A stretch of 64,000 bases of DNA from Polyangiales bacterium (GTDB lineage: Bacteria > Myxococcota_A > Polyangia > Polyangiales > Ga0077539), in NCBI GenBank assembly GCA_044229975.1, contig JBGARZ010000006.1:1-64000 (forward strand). Direction: 5' to 3'. Below, in pieces: positions 48,589-59,438 of the stretch. Under the pieces are notes generated by a model. The model did not search any database. It worked only from the letters and a program-made list of their open reading frames with translations, and had not been told where the DNA came from. Position numbers and translations under genes: made by a program. How positions within the stretch are numbered: position 1 is the stretch's first letter; each line of letters starts with the position of its first letter.

Positions 48589-48636
48589 GGCGACGGGCGC
48601 GTCGCTGTGCAGTGAAGTGCTGTCGTGCCCCTCGCG

Positions 48637-49806
48637 CTACGGCGCGCCGCACATGCCGGGCACCGGGCCCGACGTGGTCGCGAGGACCAGCGCGCGCACC
48701 GCCTCGAAGCCGACGCCGATGCCGATGCCGCCCGCGGGGTTGTCGCACGAGCGCTCGCCGTTGCGCGCGGGGGTCGCCATGTCGGCGAAGCCCTGGATGA
48801 GCGGCGCGAGCGCGTCTCGCAACTGCATGAGCGCAGGCACGGTGGTGATCGTCTCGATGAGCTCGGTCTGATCGATGTAGCCACCGAGGTTGCCGAGCGT
48901 TCCGCTGGTCTCGGTCAGCGACACGCGGAGCTGAGGGGCGCGGAGGTGGGAGGTGCCGCCGAAGCCGAGCGCGAAGGGCAAGGCGCTCGTCGCCGTGGCC
49001 GCGACCCGCAACCGTCCGCGGACGATGCTGCCGGTGAAGCGCAGGCGCGCGGAGCCCGGATCACCCGCGGTCGTCAGGTGCCGGTTGTCGATGGCGTACG
49101 GCTGCCGCGGCTGACCGATGCTCGCGCACTCCGCGAAGAGCGGGCGCGCGTCCGGGTAGAGGCTCACTGTCACCGCGGGGTCGTCGAGGTCGGGTCCGAG
49201 CGTCCCGTCCACATCGGCGACGCGCAGGAGGATCAGCCCGCGCCCCCGCGAGGACCTCTGGCCGGGGCACGCCCCGACGTTCGTGCCCTGATGGAACTGC
49301 TCGAAGAGCTGGGCGACGTTGGCGTACTGGTTGTCGACGCCGCCCTGGCAGCCTGATCCTCCGGTGCAGCCGTCGCGGTTCTGATCGGGGTCGACGGTCG
49401 AGACGTAGTCGCCGTGCGAGCAGTCCTGGGCGGCCTGCGTGGAGGTGATGCTCGGAGAGAAGCGACCGTCCAGGTTGAAGCCGTAGAAGCCGCGGGTCGA
49501 TGGAGGCTCCGCGTACTGGTCGACGACGAAGCGGTGGATCACGAAGTCGTAGGTGCGCGGATCGGCCGGGGGGACCGCGCCCGGTGACGCGTCGGGGACG
49601 TCGGGGACATCGGGCGCTCCGCCGTCGTCAGTCGACGCGTCGGCGGACGAGTCGTCGCGGCACAACGCTTCGCCGGGGGGAGCTGCGTCGCCGAGGTCGA
49701 AGAACGAGAAGCCCTCGAAGTTGCAAACGACAACGGGGTGGCAGCCACCCAGCAGCGCGCAGAGCGCGAGCGATCCGATGCGTGTGTGCGGCCCCTGCGG
49801 TGCCAT
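48637..49806 (-). CDS. Hypothetical lipoprotein
   Basis: Lipobox LGGC; GFNLDG and GGVDNQ segments. Confidence 0.75.
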   Translation of the reverse strand: MAPQGPHTRIGSLALCALLGGCHPVVVCNFEGFSFFDLGDAAPPGEALCRDDSSADASTDDGGAPDVPDVPDASPGAVPPADPRTYDFVIHRFVVDQYAEPPSTRGFYGFNLDGRFSPSITSTQAAQDCSHGDYVSTVDPDQNRDGCTGGSGCQGGVDNQYANVAQLFEQFHQGTNVGACPGQRSSRGRGLILLRVADVDGTLGPDLDDPAVTVSLYPDARPLFAECASIGQPRQPYAIDNRHLTTAGDPGSARLRFTGSIVRGRLRVAATATSALPFALGFGGTSHLRAPQLRVSLTETSGTLGNLGGYIDQTELIETITTVPALMQLRDALAPLIQGFADMATPARNGERSCDNPAGGIGIGVGFEAVRALVLATTSGPVPGMCGAP

Positions 49807-49918
49807 CCGCGACGACGGTGTGCCCAGTCAGCGTCTGGCGTCAAAGCCCCTGGACGTCGCCGCGCAGGGCCGCCATCGCTTCCCAACACATCCCGGCGCT
49901 ACCATCGCCGCCAGACCG

Positions 49919-51379
49919 ATGCGCACCAAAGCCACCGCTGCACCGCGACGTCGTCCGCTGCTCGCCGTCCTGCGCTTCGTCCTCTCGTTTCTCTGGCTCG
50001 CGCTCGTCGTCGTCGCACCGCTCGTCGCCGCCTGGGTCGCGTCGTCGCTCGCCGCCCACGCGGGCGCCTCGACCCGGCTCGCGCTCGCCTCCGCGCTGCT
50101 CGTCTTCCCCGTCGTCCCGCTGCTCTGGGAGGCCGTCGCCGCGTGGCGCCGCTCCCGACGCCCCGCCACCGAGCGCTTCCTCACGCTCTCCGATCGCCTC
50201 GTGCTGCGCACCCTCGCGGTGAGCTTCGTCTTCGTCGGCGCCCTCCTCGCGCGCAGCCCGCAGCGCGCCTTCGAGGCCCTCAACGGACGCGGCGACTGGA
50301 TGCTCGACGGCCGCCACGACCGCCGCGCCGAGACCGCCCGCCGCGGCCTGTTCTGGGTCGCCACGAAGTCCGCCTGGCTCTACCGCCTCGCCAACGCTCC
50401 GCCGCCGCGTCCGCAGCCGCTCCCCGAGCGCGAGGTCGCCCGCGTCGACCCGACGCCGTCCGACACCGAGTCCGCCACGGCGCCAGTTCTACCGCCTCCG
50501 CCGCGCGACCCGCACGCGTGGCCCTGGCCCGACGACGGGCCGCACGCCGCGGTGCTCGCGCTCACGCCCGCTGACGAGACCTCGCCCGAGGCTGTCGGCC
50601 GCTTCCTCGCCGCTCACGAGCACGACCAGTGGCACCTCGCCCGCGCGGTGCACGACTACGTCGCCGACCGCATCGCCTACGACGTCCCCTCGTACCGCGC
50701 GCACCGCTATCCCCCGCAGGACGCCGAGACGACGTTTCGCACGCGCCTCTCGGTGTGCGCGGGCTACGCCGCCCTCTTCACGGCCGTCGGTCGCGCGGCG
50801 GGGCTCACCGTCGAGACCGTCGTAGGCCGCGCGCGGCACGCGGTCACCGACGGCATGGGCGAAGGCCACGCCTGGAACGCCGTGAAGCTCGACGACCACT
50901 GGTACCTCGTCGACACCACCTGGGACGCGGGCGGAGTCGACGCTCAGGGCTTCCACAAGCGTTACGGGACCAGGTATTTCCTGACGCCCCCGGAGGTCTT
51001 CTTCTCGAAGCACTACCCCGACGAAGATCGCTGGCAGCTCCTTCCGGTTGTGCGCACGCCGGGTGACTTTCTTCGCACGCCGCCGCTCCGCCCCGAGTTC
51101 TTCGGATACGGCCTGCGCCTCGTGAGCCCCGACCGCGCCGAGAGCGACGCGCGCTCCTTCGTCAACGTCGTGATCGACAACCCGCGGCACGTCTGGATGA
51201 TGGTCTCCGTCCACCCGGAAGGGGGCGAGGAGACCCGCTGCGAGGTCACCCGTGGAGCGTCCACGACCGCCCGCTGCCCGCTCCGCGGCACAGACCTCCA
51301 CGAGGTCGTGTTCTTCGCATCGAACCAGCGCTACGGCAGCTACGAAGGCGTCGGCTCGCTGAGCGTGCACAACCGCTGA
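49919..51379 (+). CDS. Membrane-anchored transglutaminase-like protein
   Basis: Three N-terminal TM segments; VCAGYA, HAWNAV, DTTWD triad. Confidence 0.88.
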   Translation: MRTKATAAPRRRPLLAVLRFVLSFLWLALVVVAPLVAAWVASSLAAHAGASTRLALASALLVFPVVPLLWEAVAAWRRSRRPATERFLTLSDRLVLRTLAVSFVFVGALLARSPQRAFEALNGRGDWMLDGRHDRRAETARRGLFWVATKSAWLYRLANAPPPRPQPLPEREVARVDPTPSDTESATAPVLPPPPRDPHAWPWPDDGPHAAVLALTPADETSPEAVGRFLAAHEHDQWHLARAVHDYVADRIAYDVPSYRAHRYPPQDAETTFRTRLSVCAGYAALFTAVGRAAGLTVETVVGRARHAVTDGMGEGHAWNAVKLDDHWYLVDTTWDAGGVDAQGFHKRYGTRYFLTPPEVFFSKHYPDEDRWQLLPVVRTPGDFLRTPPLRPEFFGYGLRLVSPDRAESDARSFVNVVIDNPRHVWMMVSVHPEGGEETRCEVTRGASTTARCPLRGTDLHEVVFFASNQRYGSYEGVGSLSVHNR

Positions 51380-51532
51380 CGCCGCAGGTCGCGCCGACCT
51401 CGCGCGAGTTGCGCCGAATCTGCTCAATCACCACAACCACCCGTGCCACGAAACGCGCTCAACGCCGCGCGGGCACGATCGCTGCTCAAGGGACACCTCG
51501 TCCTTCCCCACTTCCAACGAGGTCTAGATCCC

Positions 51533-52750
51533 ATGAAGCATCTCGCGCGCACTCCACTCGTCACCGGCGCTCTCGTCGCAGCGCTCGCCGCCGCCTGCGG
51601 ATCGTCCTCCAGCGCCGTCGACTCCGGCGCTCCCGACACCGGGACGACGACCGACGCGGGCACCACCACCGACGTCGGGACGACCCCTGACGCAGGCACG
51701 CGGACCGACACCGGAACGTCCACGGACACCGGCACGACCACCGACGCGGGCACCGACACCGGGATCCCCGATGCTGGCACCAGCACCGATGCCGGAACCG
51801 ACGCGGGCCCCCAACAGCCCGGTGCGATGCGCGTCGCCTACGTCGAATACACCGCGGCGGGTCGCCCGCTCCTCTGGGTGCAGCGCCCCGACGGAACCGA
51901 CCGTCGACAGCTCCACTTCACCGGCATCGTCGACGACGTCCCCGAGCAGGACCCGTCCGCGCCGACCGTTACCGACGACCATGTGCGGAGCGTTCATCAG
52001 CTCGCGTGGAGCCCGGATGGTGTGCACCTCGCGGTGGTGGTCTCGACGGCCATCGACCAGGGCGAGGTGGTGGTGCTCGACGCCGACGCCGGGGGCGGCG
52101 CGGTCGTCAGCTACAACGGGCAGTACGTGATGCCCGCGCTCGACTGGTCGGCCGACGGTCGCAAGCTCGCGTTCGTGATGAGCACGCAGCCGCGCGCCCG
52201 TGGCCTGGAGCTGGTGGTCTCCGATGTCCCCGCGCACCGCTGGCGACGCGTGACCACGGGCGCCAACCTGCGCGGCGTCTCGGTGCAGCTCCGCTTCGTT
52301 CCTGATGGCAACACGGTCATCGTGTCGCGCGTCGAGGACCAGGGGACCTCGGCCCCGTGGGACTGGCACTCGACGCTCCTCCGCGTCGACGTCGCGACGG
52401 GTGTGCGACCCACCATCGAGACCCTCTTCACGGGGCGCATCGACGCCATGCGCCGCGACCTCACCGCCGTGTACGCGATGCGCAACCGCACCGACGGCGG
52501 CGGCACGCTCGTCGCGCGCGGCATCGAGATCAGCAGCGCCGACTCGGTGGTCGCCGACAGCCCCACGCTCATCTCGGCGGCCGCGACCCCGCGCGACGGA
52601 ACGCTCCTCCTCACCCACGACGCCCGCAGCGCCGGCAGCACCGACAACGCGTTCCAGTACCGGGTGGTGCGACTGCCCGACGACACGACGCGCATCGATG
52701 TTCCGCCCGCGGTCGAGCGCATCGCGGTGTGGGTCGACCCGACGCCGTAA
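51533..52750 (+). CDS. TolB-like propeller lipoprotein
   Basis: Lipobox AAAC; D(T/A)GT repeats; WSPDG, WSADG. Confidence 0.8.
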   Translation: MKHLARTPLVTGALVAALAAACGSSSSAVDSGAPDTGTTTDAGTTTDVGTTPDAGTRTDTGTSTDTGTTTDAGTDTGIPDAGTSTDAGTDAGPQQPGAMRVAYVEYTAAGRPLLWVQRPDGTDRRQLHFTGIVDDVPEQDPSAPTVTDDHVRSVHQLAWSPDGVHLAVVVSTAIDQGEVVVLDADAGGGAVVSYNGQYVMPALDWSADGRKLAFVMSTQPRARGLELVVSDVPAHRWRRVTTGANLRGVSVQLRFVPDGNTVIVSRVEDQGTSAPWDWHSTLLRVDVATGVRPTIETLFTGRIDAMRRDLTAVYAMRNRTDGGGTLVARGIEISSADSVVADSPTLISAAATPRDGTLLLTHDARSAGSTDNAFQYRVVRLPDDTTRIDVPPAVERIAVWVDPTP

Positions 52751-52768
52751 GGTACTGTCCGCGGCGCC

Positions 52769-53701
52769 ATGCGCCCCATCGGTCTCGCGCTCCTCGCTCC
52801 GACGCTCGTCCTCGCCTGCGCTTCGGCGCAGCGTCCCACTGCCTCACAGCCCGCGCCGCGCTTTCTCCGCGTCACCGAAGGGACCACCCTCCGAACGCGC
52901 GCGGACGACGGCGCGCCCGGCGTGACCGTCGCGGGCGGGGCGACGTTTCGGCGGGTGCGGGCGCGCGGTGAGTGGGTCGAGGTGGAGACGCTCGCGGGGT
53001 CGCGGCAGTGTGTTCCGGTGCTGCGAACGCCGCGCGGGATGCGGCTGCGGTTCTTCGTGCGGGCGTCGTCGGTGGGGCCGGTGCTGGCGTCGTCGATGAG
53101 CGCGTCGGGGCCGCAGGGGTCCCTCGCCATCGAGCCCGGTGTCGCAGTGCGAGAGGGCGCGGAGCTCGTTCATGCGGGGCTGCGGCTCACGCTGGCGAGC
53201 GCGCCGACGACGGCGATGGATCACCCCGCGCCGCAGACACTTCGCGTGGAGCCGAGCGCCGAGCGACTGGCGCCGGGCACGCGGGCGACGCTCCCGGAGG
53301 GAGCGCGCGTGGAGGTGGGGCGCGACGTTCCGGTGTACGTGCGGTCGCGGCGGGCGACGGGGGATGGCGCGCGGGTGACGGTGGCGACGCCGTGTGTGCG
53401 CTTCGAGGCGGTGGTTCCGGCGGAGGCGGTGCTGCCCGCGATGGAGCTCGAAATGGAAGACCGCGGTGACGAGCCGGCGGGCGCGCGGTGGGTGGTGCGC
53501 GAGGGGGCGCGGCTGCGCTGGGCGGACGGGAGTCCGGCGGGGCGCGCGACGGCGGCGACGCGGCTCAGCGACGAGGGAAGGGCGAGCGAGGGGGCGCGGT
53601 GCTTCCGGGTTCCGCTGCGGATGGTGGGCGGGGTGCCGGGCACGGCCGCGGTGGAGGCCGAGGTGTGCGCGGCAGAGGCGGACGTCGCGCGGGTGGAGTG
53701 A
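52769..53701 (+). CDS. Hypothetical lipoprotein
   Basis: Signal ending VLAC. Confidence 0.65.
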   Translation: MRPIGLALLAPTLVLACASAQRPTASQPAPRFLRVTEGTTLRTRADDGAPGVTVAGGATFRRVRARGEWVEVETLAGSRQCVPVLRTPRGMRLRFFVRASSVGPVLASSMSASGPQGSLAIEPGVAVREGAELVHAGLRLTLASAPTTAMDHPAPQTLRVEPSAERLAPGTRATLPEGARVEVGRDVPVYVRSRRATGDGARVTVATPCVRFEAVVPAEAVLPAMELEMEDRGDEPAGARWVVREGARLRWADGSPAGRATAATRLSDEGRASEGARCFRVPLRMVGGVPGTAAVEAEVCAAEADVARVE

Positions 53702-54346
53702 GCGTGAAGGTCATCGGACGCAACGATCCGTGCCCGTGCGGCAGCGGGAAGAAATACAAGAAGTGCTGCACGCCGAAGTTCGACCCGGCGCCGACGCAGA
53801 GCCGCGGGGAACTCGGGCCCGACGGGAAGTCCTGGCAGGGCAACGTCTCCAAGGACAACGCGCAGACGTTTCGCGAGAGCTCGCGGTCGAACGATGCCGC
53901 GCGCGCTGATCGAGGTGGTCGACGCGCACAGCCACCTGATGGAGGCGAACGAAGGCGGCGCCGAGGTGGCGATCTTTGCGAGCGCGGAGTTCGTGCTCAG
54001 CGACCCGGTGGCGGCGATCGCGGCGTTGCGGGCACGGGCGCCCGAGCTCGACCTGAACGAAGGGGCGGAGGGAGTGGCGTTCGAGTTCACGCAGCCGTCG
54101 AAGCCGGGGCAGCGGTCGCCGCTCAGCCGCATCGAGGGGCGTCGAGTGCAGGGGCTGGTGACGATCGAGGGCAACAGCCTTCTCGCGACCAGCGGCGCGC
54201 TCAGCATGGCGGCGAAGCTGATCGACGCCGTGCTGGAGGCGCTGCCCGAGCGCCCGCAGCTGGAGAGCGTCGTGTGGACGAGCCCGACGCTGTCGCGGGA
54301 GTGGTCATGGCGAGCCGCGGACGAGCCGCTCGCGATGCATTGGTGA
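53698..54346 (+). pseudogene. SEC-C motif protein, apparently frameshifted near 53880-53895
   Basis: [18 protein letters not shown] in one frame; protein-like continuation (53894-54346) in another frame. Confidence 0.55.
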
Positions 54347-54386
54347 CTGGAAGATGGCGGGTGAGGCGGGCGGCGGTGGGCTGGGA

Positions 54387-55138
54387 GCCGGGGTTCACCG
54401 TGCAGGCTCTGCGCTCGTCGGGCTCGGTTCACCCCGGGCAATGGCAGGGGGTCACCCCATCGCTTTGCGATGGGGTTGCAGGCAGCAGAGGCCGCTACTT
54501 CACGGCCAGTTTATCGCCGGTTGTTGGTGTGGGAGATGGGGGACGGCATCGCTCCCACTCGACGAGGGTTGTTCCGTCGGCATGGTGACGTCGCTGGTCG
54601 ACGATGTATCGCTGAACGACCTCCAGTTCCGAGTCACGAACCGAAAAGACTCCGTAGCCCGCCTGCCACGCGAAGCCGTCGACGTGGAGGGTGCGGGAGA
54701 TGAAGGAGGACGTGACGACCTTCAGGTCACGTACCAGGTCGGCCACGCTCGTCGTGGTGTGGAGTCCCACCAGCACATGAACGTGATCCTCGACGCCTCC
54801 GACCGCGATCGGCACGCAGTCCCGACCGCGGCAAAGGCGGCCAAGGAGCCCGTGAACGCGCGCCGCTCGCAGCGTGTCGAGCACCGCCCTCCGCCCCTTC
54901 GTCGCCCACACCAGATGAACATACAACCGCGCGTACACTGCACTCATGACGCGCTATCGAGTTGACCGCGTCGGAGGTTGAGCCGCGCCCGCATTTCGGT
55001 GCGCCCCACCAATCTCTGCACGGAGACAGACCTCCGCCTTCCCCTGCAACCCCATCGCGGAGCGATGGGGTGACCCCCTACCATTGCCCGGGGTGAACCG
55101 AGCCCGACGAGCGCAGAGCCTGTACGGTGAACCCCGGC
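54387..55138 (-). mobile_element. IS200/RAYT-like element with 96-bp inverted flanks
   Basis: 54387-54482 and 55043-55138 are reverse complements (4 mismatches), each with internal hairpins. Confidence 0.88.
54495..54947 (-). CDS. tnpA: IS200/IS605-family Y1 HUH transposase
   Basis: [13 protein letters not shown] (HUH), [15 protein letters not shown] (catalytic Tyr). Confidence 0.93.
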   Translation of the reverse strand: MSAVYARLYVHLVWATKGRRAVLDTLRAARVHGLLGRLCRGRDCVPIAVGGVEDHVHVLVGLHTTTSVADLVRDLKVVTSSFISRTLHVDGFAWQAGYGVFSVRDSELEVVQRYIVDQRRHHADGTTLVEWERCRPPSPTPTTGDKLAVK

Positions 55139-55153
55139 CCTCCGCCGCTACCG

Positions 55154-56875
55154 CTACCGCGGCCGCGGGTTGCGGTACACCGATACGATCGGCACCCCAT
55201 CGTGCACGGCCACGTAGGCCGTCGCAGGTGAGTCGTAGGCCGTCCAGATCTGATAATCGACTTCGTTCATGTGCAGCTCGTGGTGCACGATGGCGAAGAC
55301 CCCTTCGCCCACCTGCCACACCGGGTGCATGTCCGTTCGCAATCGCCCGTCGCGCTGCAACATCTCGAAGGCGCGCGGCGTCGTGTCGTGGATGTACACG
55401 CCCGCGTTCTGCTCCGGTTGTCGGTTGAACCACTCCGTCAACGAGCCCGTCGTGAAGCCCCAGAATTGTCGGTTGAGGCCCATGTCGGCCGCGCCCGGCG
55501 CGCCGCCCGCGATGGGGGTGTAGTTGCTCAACCCGAACGGATGCGAGTGCGCGCTCTGCGCGATCGGCGGCAGCACCACCAGCGCCCCGAGCACCGCCGT
55601 CACCACGCCCTCGCGCTTCACCCGATCGCGCAGCAGCTCTTCCAACAACGCCGCGACCTTGGTGAAGGCCACGCCCGCAAACAGGGCGAGGAAGGGGTAC
55701 GCGGGAAACCAGTGCTTGGTTCCGCCGAAGATGGGGGTGTTGCGCGAGAGCCACGGCGCCATCGGCACCATGAACCCCAGAAACACCAGCGACCACGTCC
55801 CGCGCGGGTCGTCGCTCTTCTGCGCGTCGGCCCACGCGCGGACGCGCTTGATGGGCAGCCACCCGAAGAGCCCGCTCGACTCCCGCAGCATGGTCGGGAA
55901 CATCACGATGAACCCGATGAGCGCGAGCAGCAGGGTGATGCCCGGCACCGTGAAGAGCATCATCCCCCACGAGTACATTCGCGGAAACGGCGGATGAAAC
56001 CAGTTATATCCCATCCACTCCATGTTGTAATAGGCGTGGTGGAGGTGGAAGCCCGCGTACTCCTGAAAGCGCCCCGGTCCGCCCGCGGGCGTCGAGAGGG
56101 TGTCGAACCACATCCACGGCCACAGCGCGACGAACACCAGCGGCCCCAGCACCGCCATGGAGATGAGCCCGAGCGGAACCGGGAAGTTTCCGCGCGCCGC
56201 GTCGCGCCGCATGTCTCCAGCGCGGGTGAGCACGAAGTGCGTCACCACGAGAAACGGCACAAACCACGCGTTGTGCTTGGTCTCCAGCGCGAGGCCCCAG
56301 GCGAGCCCGGTGGCGAGGGCCCAACCGATACCGCCCGAGAGCGACCGCCAATAGGCGTACAGCACCACGACCCACATGGTCATGACGGGCACGTCGAAGC
56401 AGTCGAGGTGAGCGTTGTAGAAAACCCGCGGCATGAAGGCGAGGGAGATGGCCGCGATGAGCCCCGCGCGGGTCGAGTGCGCGCGGTGTCCGAAGATGAA
56501 CGTCACCCACACCCCGAGCGCGCTCATCACCATTCCAGGGAAGCGGAAGCTCAGGCCCTCGGAGGTGATCCAATGCCACTTGTTGTGGAGGAAGAGCCAT
56601 GACAGTCCGAAGAGCGACTTCATGAGCGAGGGGTGTTCGTGGTTGGCCTGCCACGCGCCGTCGATGGCGCCGCGGGTGAGCGCCTCGCGGCGGTTGTGCA
56701 GCAGCAGGTCGAACCAGTTGGCGTAGGAGGTCGCCGCGTCGAAGTAGAAGCCCTCGTCGCGGGCGTAGCCCAGCGTGCGCGCCGTGCGCACCAGCACGAT
56801 GAGGTACACGAGCGCCAGCAGCGCACCGAGGCAATGTGGCTTGAGCGCCGTCCAGAGGCGTTGGGCGCGCGTCAT
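55154..56875 (-). CDS. GT-C (ArnT/PMT-like) membrane glycosyltransferase
   Basis: RDEGFY, HEHPSLMK, many TM segments, ETKHN. Confidence 0.85.
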   Translation of the reverse strand: MTRAQRLWTALKPHCLGALLALVYLIVLVRTARTLGYARDEGFYFDAATSYANWFDLLLHNRREALTRGAIDGAWQANHEHPSLMKSLFGLSWLFLHNKWHWITSEGLSFRFPGMVMSALGVWVTFIFGHRAHSTRAGLIAAISLAFMPRVFYNAHLDCFDVPVMTMWVVVLYAYWRSLSGGIGWALATGLAWGLALETKHNAWFVPFLVVTHFVLTRAGDMRRDAARGNFPVPLGLISMAVLGPLVFVALWPWMWFDTLSTPAGGPGRFQEYAGFHLHHAYYNMEWMGYNWFHPPFPRMYSWGMMLFTVPGITLLLALIGFIVMFPTMLRESSGLFGWLPIKRVRAWADAQKSDDPRGTWSLVFLGFMVPMAPWLSRNTPIFGGTKHWFPAYPFLALFAGVAFTKVAALLEELLRDRVKREGVVTAVLGALVVLPPIAQSAHSHPFGLSNYTPIAGGAPGAADMGLNRQFWGFTTGSLTEWFNRQPEQNAGVYIHDTTPRAFEMLQRDGRLRTDMHPVWQVGEGVFAIVHHELHMNEVDYQIWTAYDSPATAYVAVHDGVPIVSVYRNPRPR

Positions 56876-57888
56876 CGGACGTCCCCCTCGTAGCAGTAGT
56901 GGCGCATCCCGGGGTTCTCGGCGCGGATCTCGATGGAGAGCTGATGGGGTCGGTTGTCGGCCCATTGATGGGTGTCGATGTCGAAGGTCTTCCAGCCTTC
57001 GCCGTCGTGGTGCACCGAGCGCCCGGCCTCGTTGCCGTCGATCATCAAGCGCAGCTCGACGGGGCCGCCCTGGTTGCCGAGGTCGTCACCGCGCTCGGCC
57101 TCGTACGCGATGCCGTGATGTCCGTGGAAGGTGTTGCCGATGGGGACATCGCGGAAGCGCGTGACCATCGCGCCGCCCGCGATGGGGTGCGACCAGATGC
57201 AGCGGCGACCGCGGTGTTGCATGTCTTCGATGATGGTGAGGCCGATGTAGTTCCAGCCCTCGGGGGAGCAGAAGAAGCGGTTGGGCGAGGCGAGCGCCCC
57301 CTGGCCGAGGCCGCCGCCGCCGACGAAGGTTCCGGTGTGCCAGTCGCACGCGGCCGGGGTGTCGTTGATGAGCCGAAAGGCCTCGGCGTCGGGCGGGTGC
57401 AGGTGCTCGATGAGGTCGTAGCGCACGGTGGCGGGCGCGGGGTTGACCAGGGTGCGAACGGTGATGCGACCGAAGTCCTGGTGGGCGGTCTCGCGCCAAC
57501 CACGCAGGTCGGGGTTTTCGCCGCCGCGGATGGTGGCGACGAGGGCGCGGCGGTAGCGCGTGGCGTCGGGGCGCGCGGCGTCGGCGAGGGGAATGTCGGC
57601 GGCGAAGTACTGGCGCGCGAGGGGGTCGGTCCAGAGGGGCGCGGAGGTGACGAGGTCGCCGGGGCGGCGCTGCGCGTGGATGTACGACGCGGCGGCGCGC
57701 CAGTGGGCGGGGGTGGGGACGCGGGCCTGGATGACGAACTGCGCGACGAGCTCGACGGCGGCGAGGAGCGGGATCGCGAGGGCCGCGCGGCGCCAGCGGG
57801 GGTGCGGGGAAGAGGGCTGTTCCACGGGGGCGGCGGACTCTAGTCGGAGGGCGACGGGGAGCACAACCAAAGGGGTGGGCGACCTCAC
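56872..57888 (-). CDS. Hypothetical membrane-anchored periplasmic protein
   Basis: One N-terminal TM segment; overlaps neighbouring genes by 4 nt on each side. Confidence 0.7.
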   Translation of the reverse strand: MRSPTPLVVLPVALRLESAAPVEQPSSPHPRWRRAALAIPLLAAVELVAQFVIQARVPTPAHWRAAASYIHAQRRPGDLVTSAPLWTDPLARQYFAADIPLADAARPDATRYRRALVATIRGGENPDLRGWRETAHQDFGRITVRTLVNPAPATVRYDLIEHLHPPDAEAFRLINDTPAACDWHTGTFVGGGGLGQGALASPNRFFCSPEGWNYIGLTIIEDMQHRGRRCIWSHPIAGGAMVTRFRDVPIGNTFHGHHGIAYEAERGDDLGNQGGPVELRLMIDGNEAGRSVHHDGEGWKTFDIDTHQWADNRPHQLSIEIRAENPGMRHYCYEGDVR

Positions 57889-58256
57889 ACGGGCGGAAGC
57901 CACCCCGCGAGCCGCACCGCCCACACCGCCAGGAAGGCCACGCCGAACACCGTGAGCACATGGCGCACGTAGCGTTCCCAGAGCGGGTGACCCGGTCGCA
58001 GCGTGGCGGCCAGGACGATGGCGAGCCCGAGCGCGAGCGCCGACGGCAGCGCCAGCGGGTGCAGCGTGACGCTGCCGTGGAGGTCGCCGCGCAGCAGCCG
58101 GAGCGAGGCGCGGGTCATGCCACACGCGGGACAGGGGTGTCCGGTGGCGATCTTCACCAGGCAGGTGCTGACCGGGACGAACGCGAGGAGTGAGCAGATG
58201 AGGGCGGGAGGGACGATGGGCCCCAGGCGGCTACGAATGACCGACCATGGGGCCAT
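57885..58256 (-). CDS. DUF2752-family membrane protein
   Basis: C...TGHPCPACGMTRA...LHPLA. Confidence 0.85.
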   Translation of the reverse strand: MAPWSVIRSRLGPIVPPALICSLLAFVPVSTCLVKIATGHPCPACGMTRASLRLLRGDLHGSVTLHPLALPSALALGLAIVLAATLRPGHPLWERYVRHVLTVFGVAFLAVWAVRLAGWLPPV

Positions 58257-58268
58257 TGGAGAGGGCGT

Positions 58269-59243
58269 TCAGCCGATGTGCTTGGCTTCCCAATCCCACT
58301 GATTGGACATCGCCCACGGGGTGTAGATGCCGCCAGTGCACATGATGAGCACCGTGTTGAGCAGCCACATGCCGAAGAACCCGCCGGGGTCTTTCTGGAA
58401 GCGGAAACCACGGCCCGAGATGGACGTGTTGTTCCAGTAATATTCGAGCAGGTTGTTGTGATACCAGGGGAAGTAGATGCCGAAGGTCAGGCCGGTGAGA
58501 ATCGAGCCGATGAGCCAGATGCCCAGGAGGCCGCCGCCCTCACCGGTGAACTGGAGCCGTTCACCCTGCACATCGACCTGCGAGAGAATCCAGTGGTGGA
58601 GCTTGCACGCAAACCACGGGCTGTAGATGCCCATGGTGCAGTACACGAGCAGCAGCGGGACGATGATGACCCCGAAGAGGCCGCCCGCCGTGCCGTGATA
58701 GGTGCAGCGCTTGCCCTCGATGGTGACGTTGGACCAGTAGTACTGGAGCATCTTCGTCGCGCCGTGGAGACCGGCCATCAAGAGACCGGCGAAGAGCGCG
58801 AGGCCCAGCACCCCCATCAGCGCGATGCCGGCCCCTGAGGGCTGCCCGCTGCTGTCGCGCGTGGCCGCCATGACGCCGCCCATACAGACCGCGCCGCCGA
58901 TGTACACGCCCATGAGCGGGAGCATCACGCTCACCAGGTACACGGCGAAGAGCGAGCCGCCGGCGCCGCCGTAGTTCACGCGCGCGCCGCCCATCATCGG
59001 ACCGCCGCCCGCCGCGAAGCCGCCGCCCGGAGGCGGGCCGAAGCCACCCGCGCCCGGAGGCGCGCCGAAGCCGCCGCCCGGAGGCGGACCGAACCCACCA
59101 CCACCCGGAGGCGCGCCGAACCCGCCGCCGCCCGGAGGTGCCCCGAAGCCACCGCCGCCCGGAGGTGCCCCGAAGCCGCCGCCAGGGGGATACCCGGCGG
59201 CCTGCATCGGACCCAGCCCATTGCTACCTGGAGTCTGCATCAT
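58269..59243 (-). CDS. YjgN/DUF898-family membrane protein with GGGFG(A/P)PP repeats
   Basis: Repeated T(M/F/G)GIY.PW motifs; Gly/Pro-rich N-terminus. Confidence 0.85.
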   Translation of the reverse strand: MMQTPGSNGLGPMQAAGYPPGGGFGAPPGGGGFGAPPGGGGFGAPPGGGGFGPPPGGGFGAPPGAGGFGPPPGGGFAAGGGPMMGGARVNYGGAGGSLFAVYLVSVMLPLMGVYIGGAVCMGGVMAATRDSSGQPSGAGIALMGVLGLALFAGLLMAGLHGATKMLQYYWSNVTIEGKRCTYHGTAGGLFGVIIVPLLLVYCTMGIYSPWFACKLHHWILSQVDVQGERLQFTGEGGGLLGIWLIGSILTGLTFGIYFPWYHNNLLEYYWNNTSISGRGFRFQKDPGGFFGMWLLNTVLIMCTGGIYTPWAMSNQWDWEAKHIG

Positions 59244-59438
59244 TCCGAAAAACCCTCCGTGTTGAGACTGCGCGTGTCGTGTGTGGGACGTCCGACGATC
59301 AGGGTCCGTCGGGAGACGGCGCAGGTTACAGCACGGTACGCCGTGGCGCGGAAGACCCTCCCCCCGACGACGCGTCATTCCCTGACAAACCTGCGACCGA
59401 CCTGTGGTACCGCTCAGCGCCGGAGGGCCTTGGACCCA

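Noticed and set aside
58990..59190. GGGFGAPP repeat DNA as a non-coding repeat array
   Set aside because: In-frame low-complexity N-terminus of the DUF898 protein
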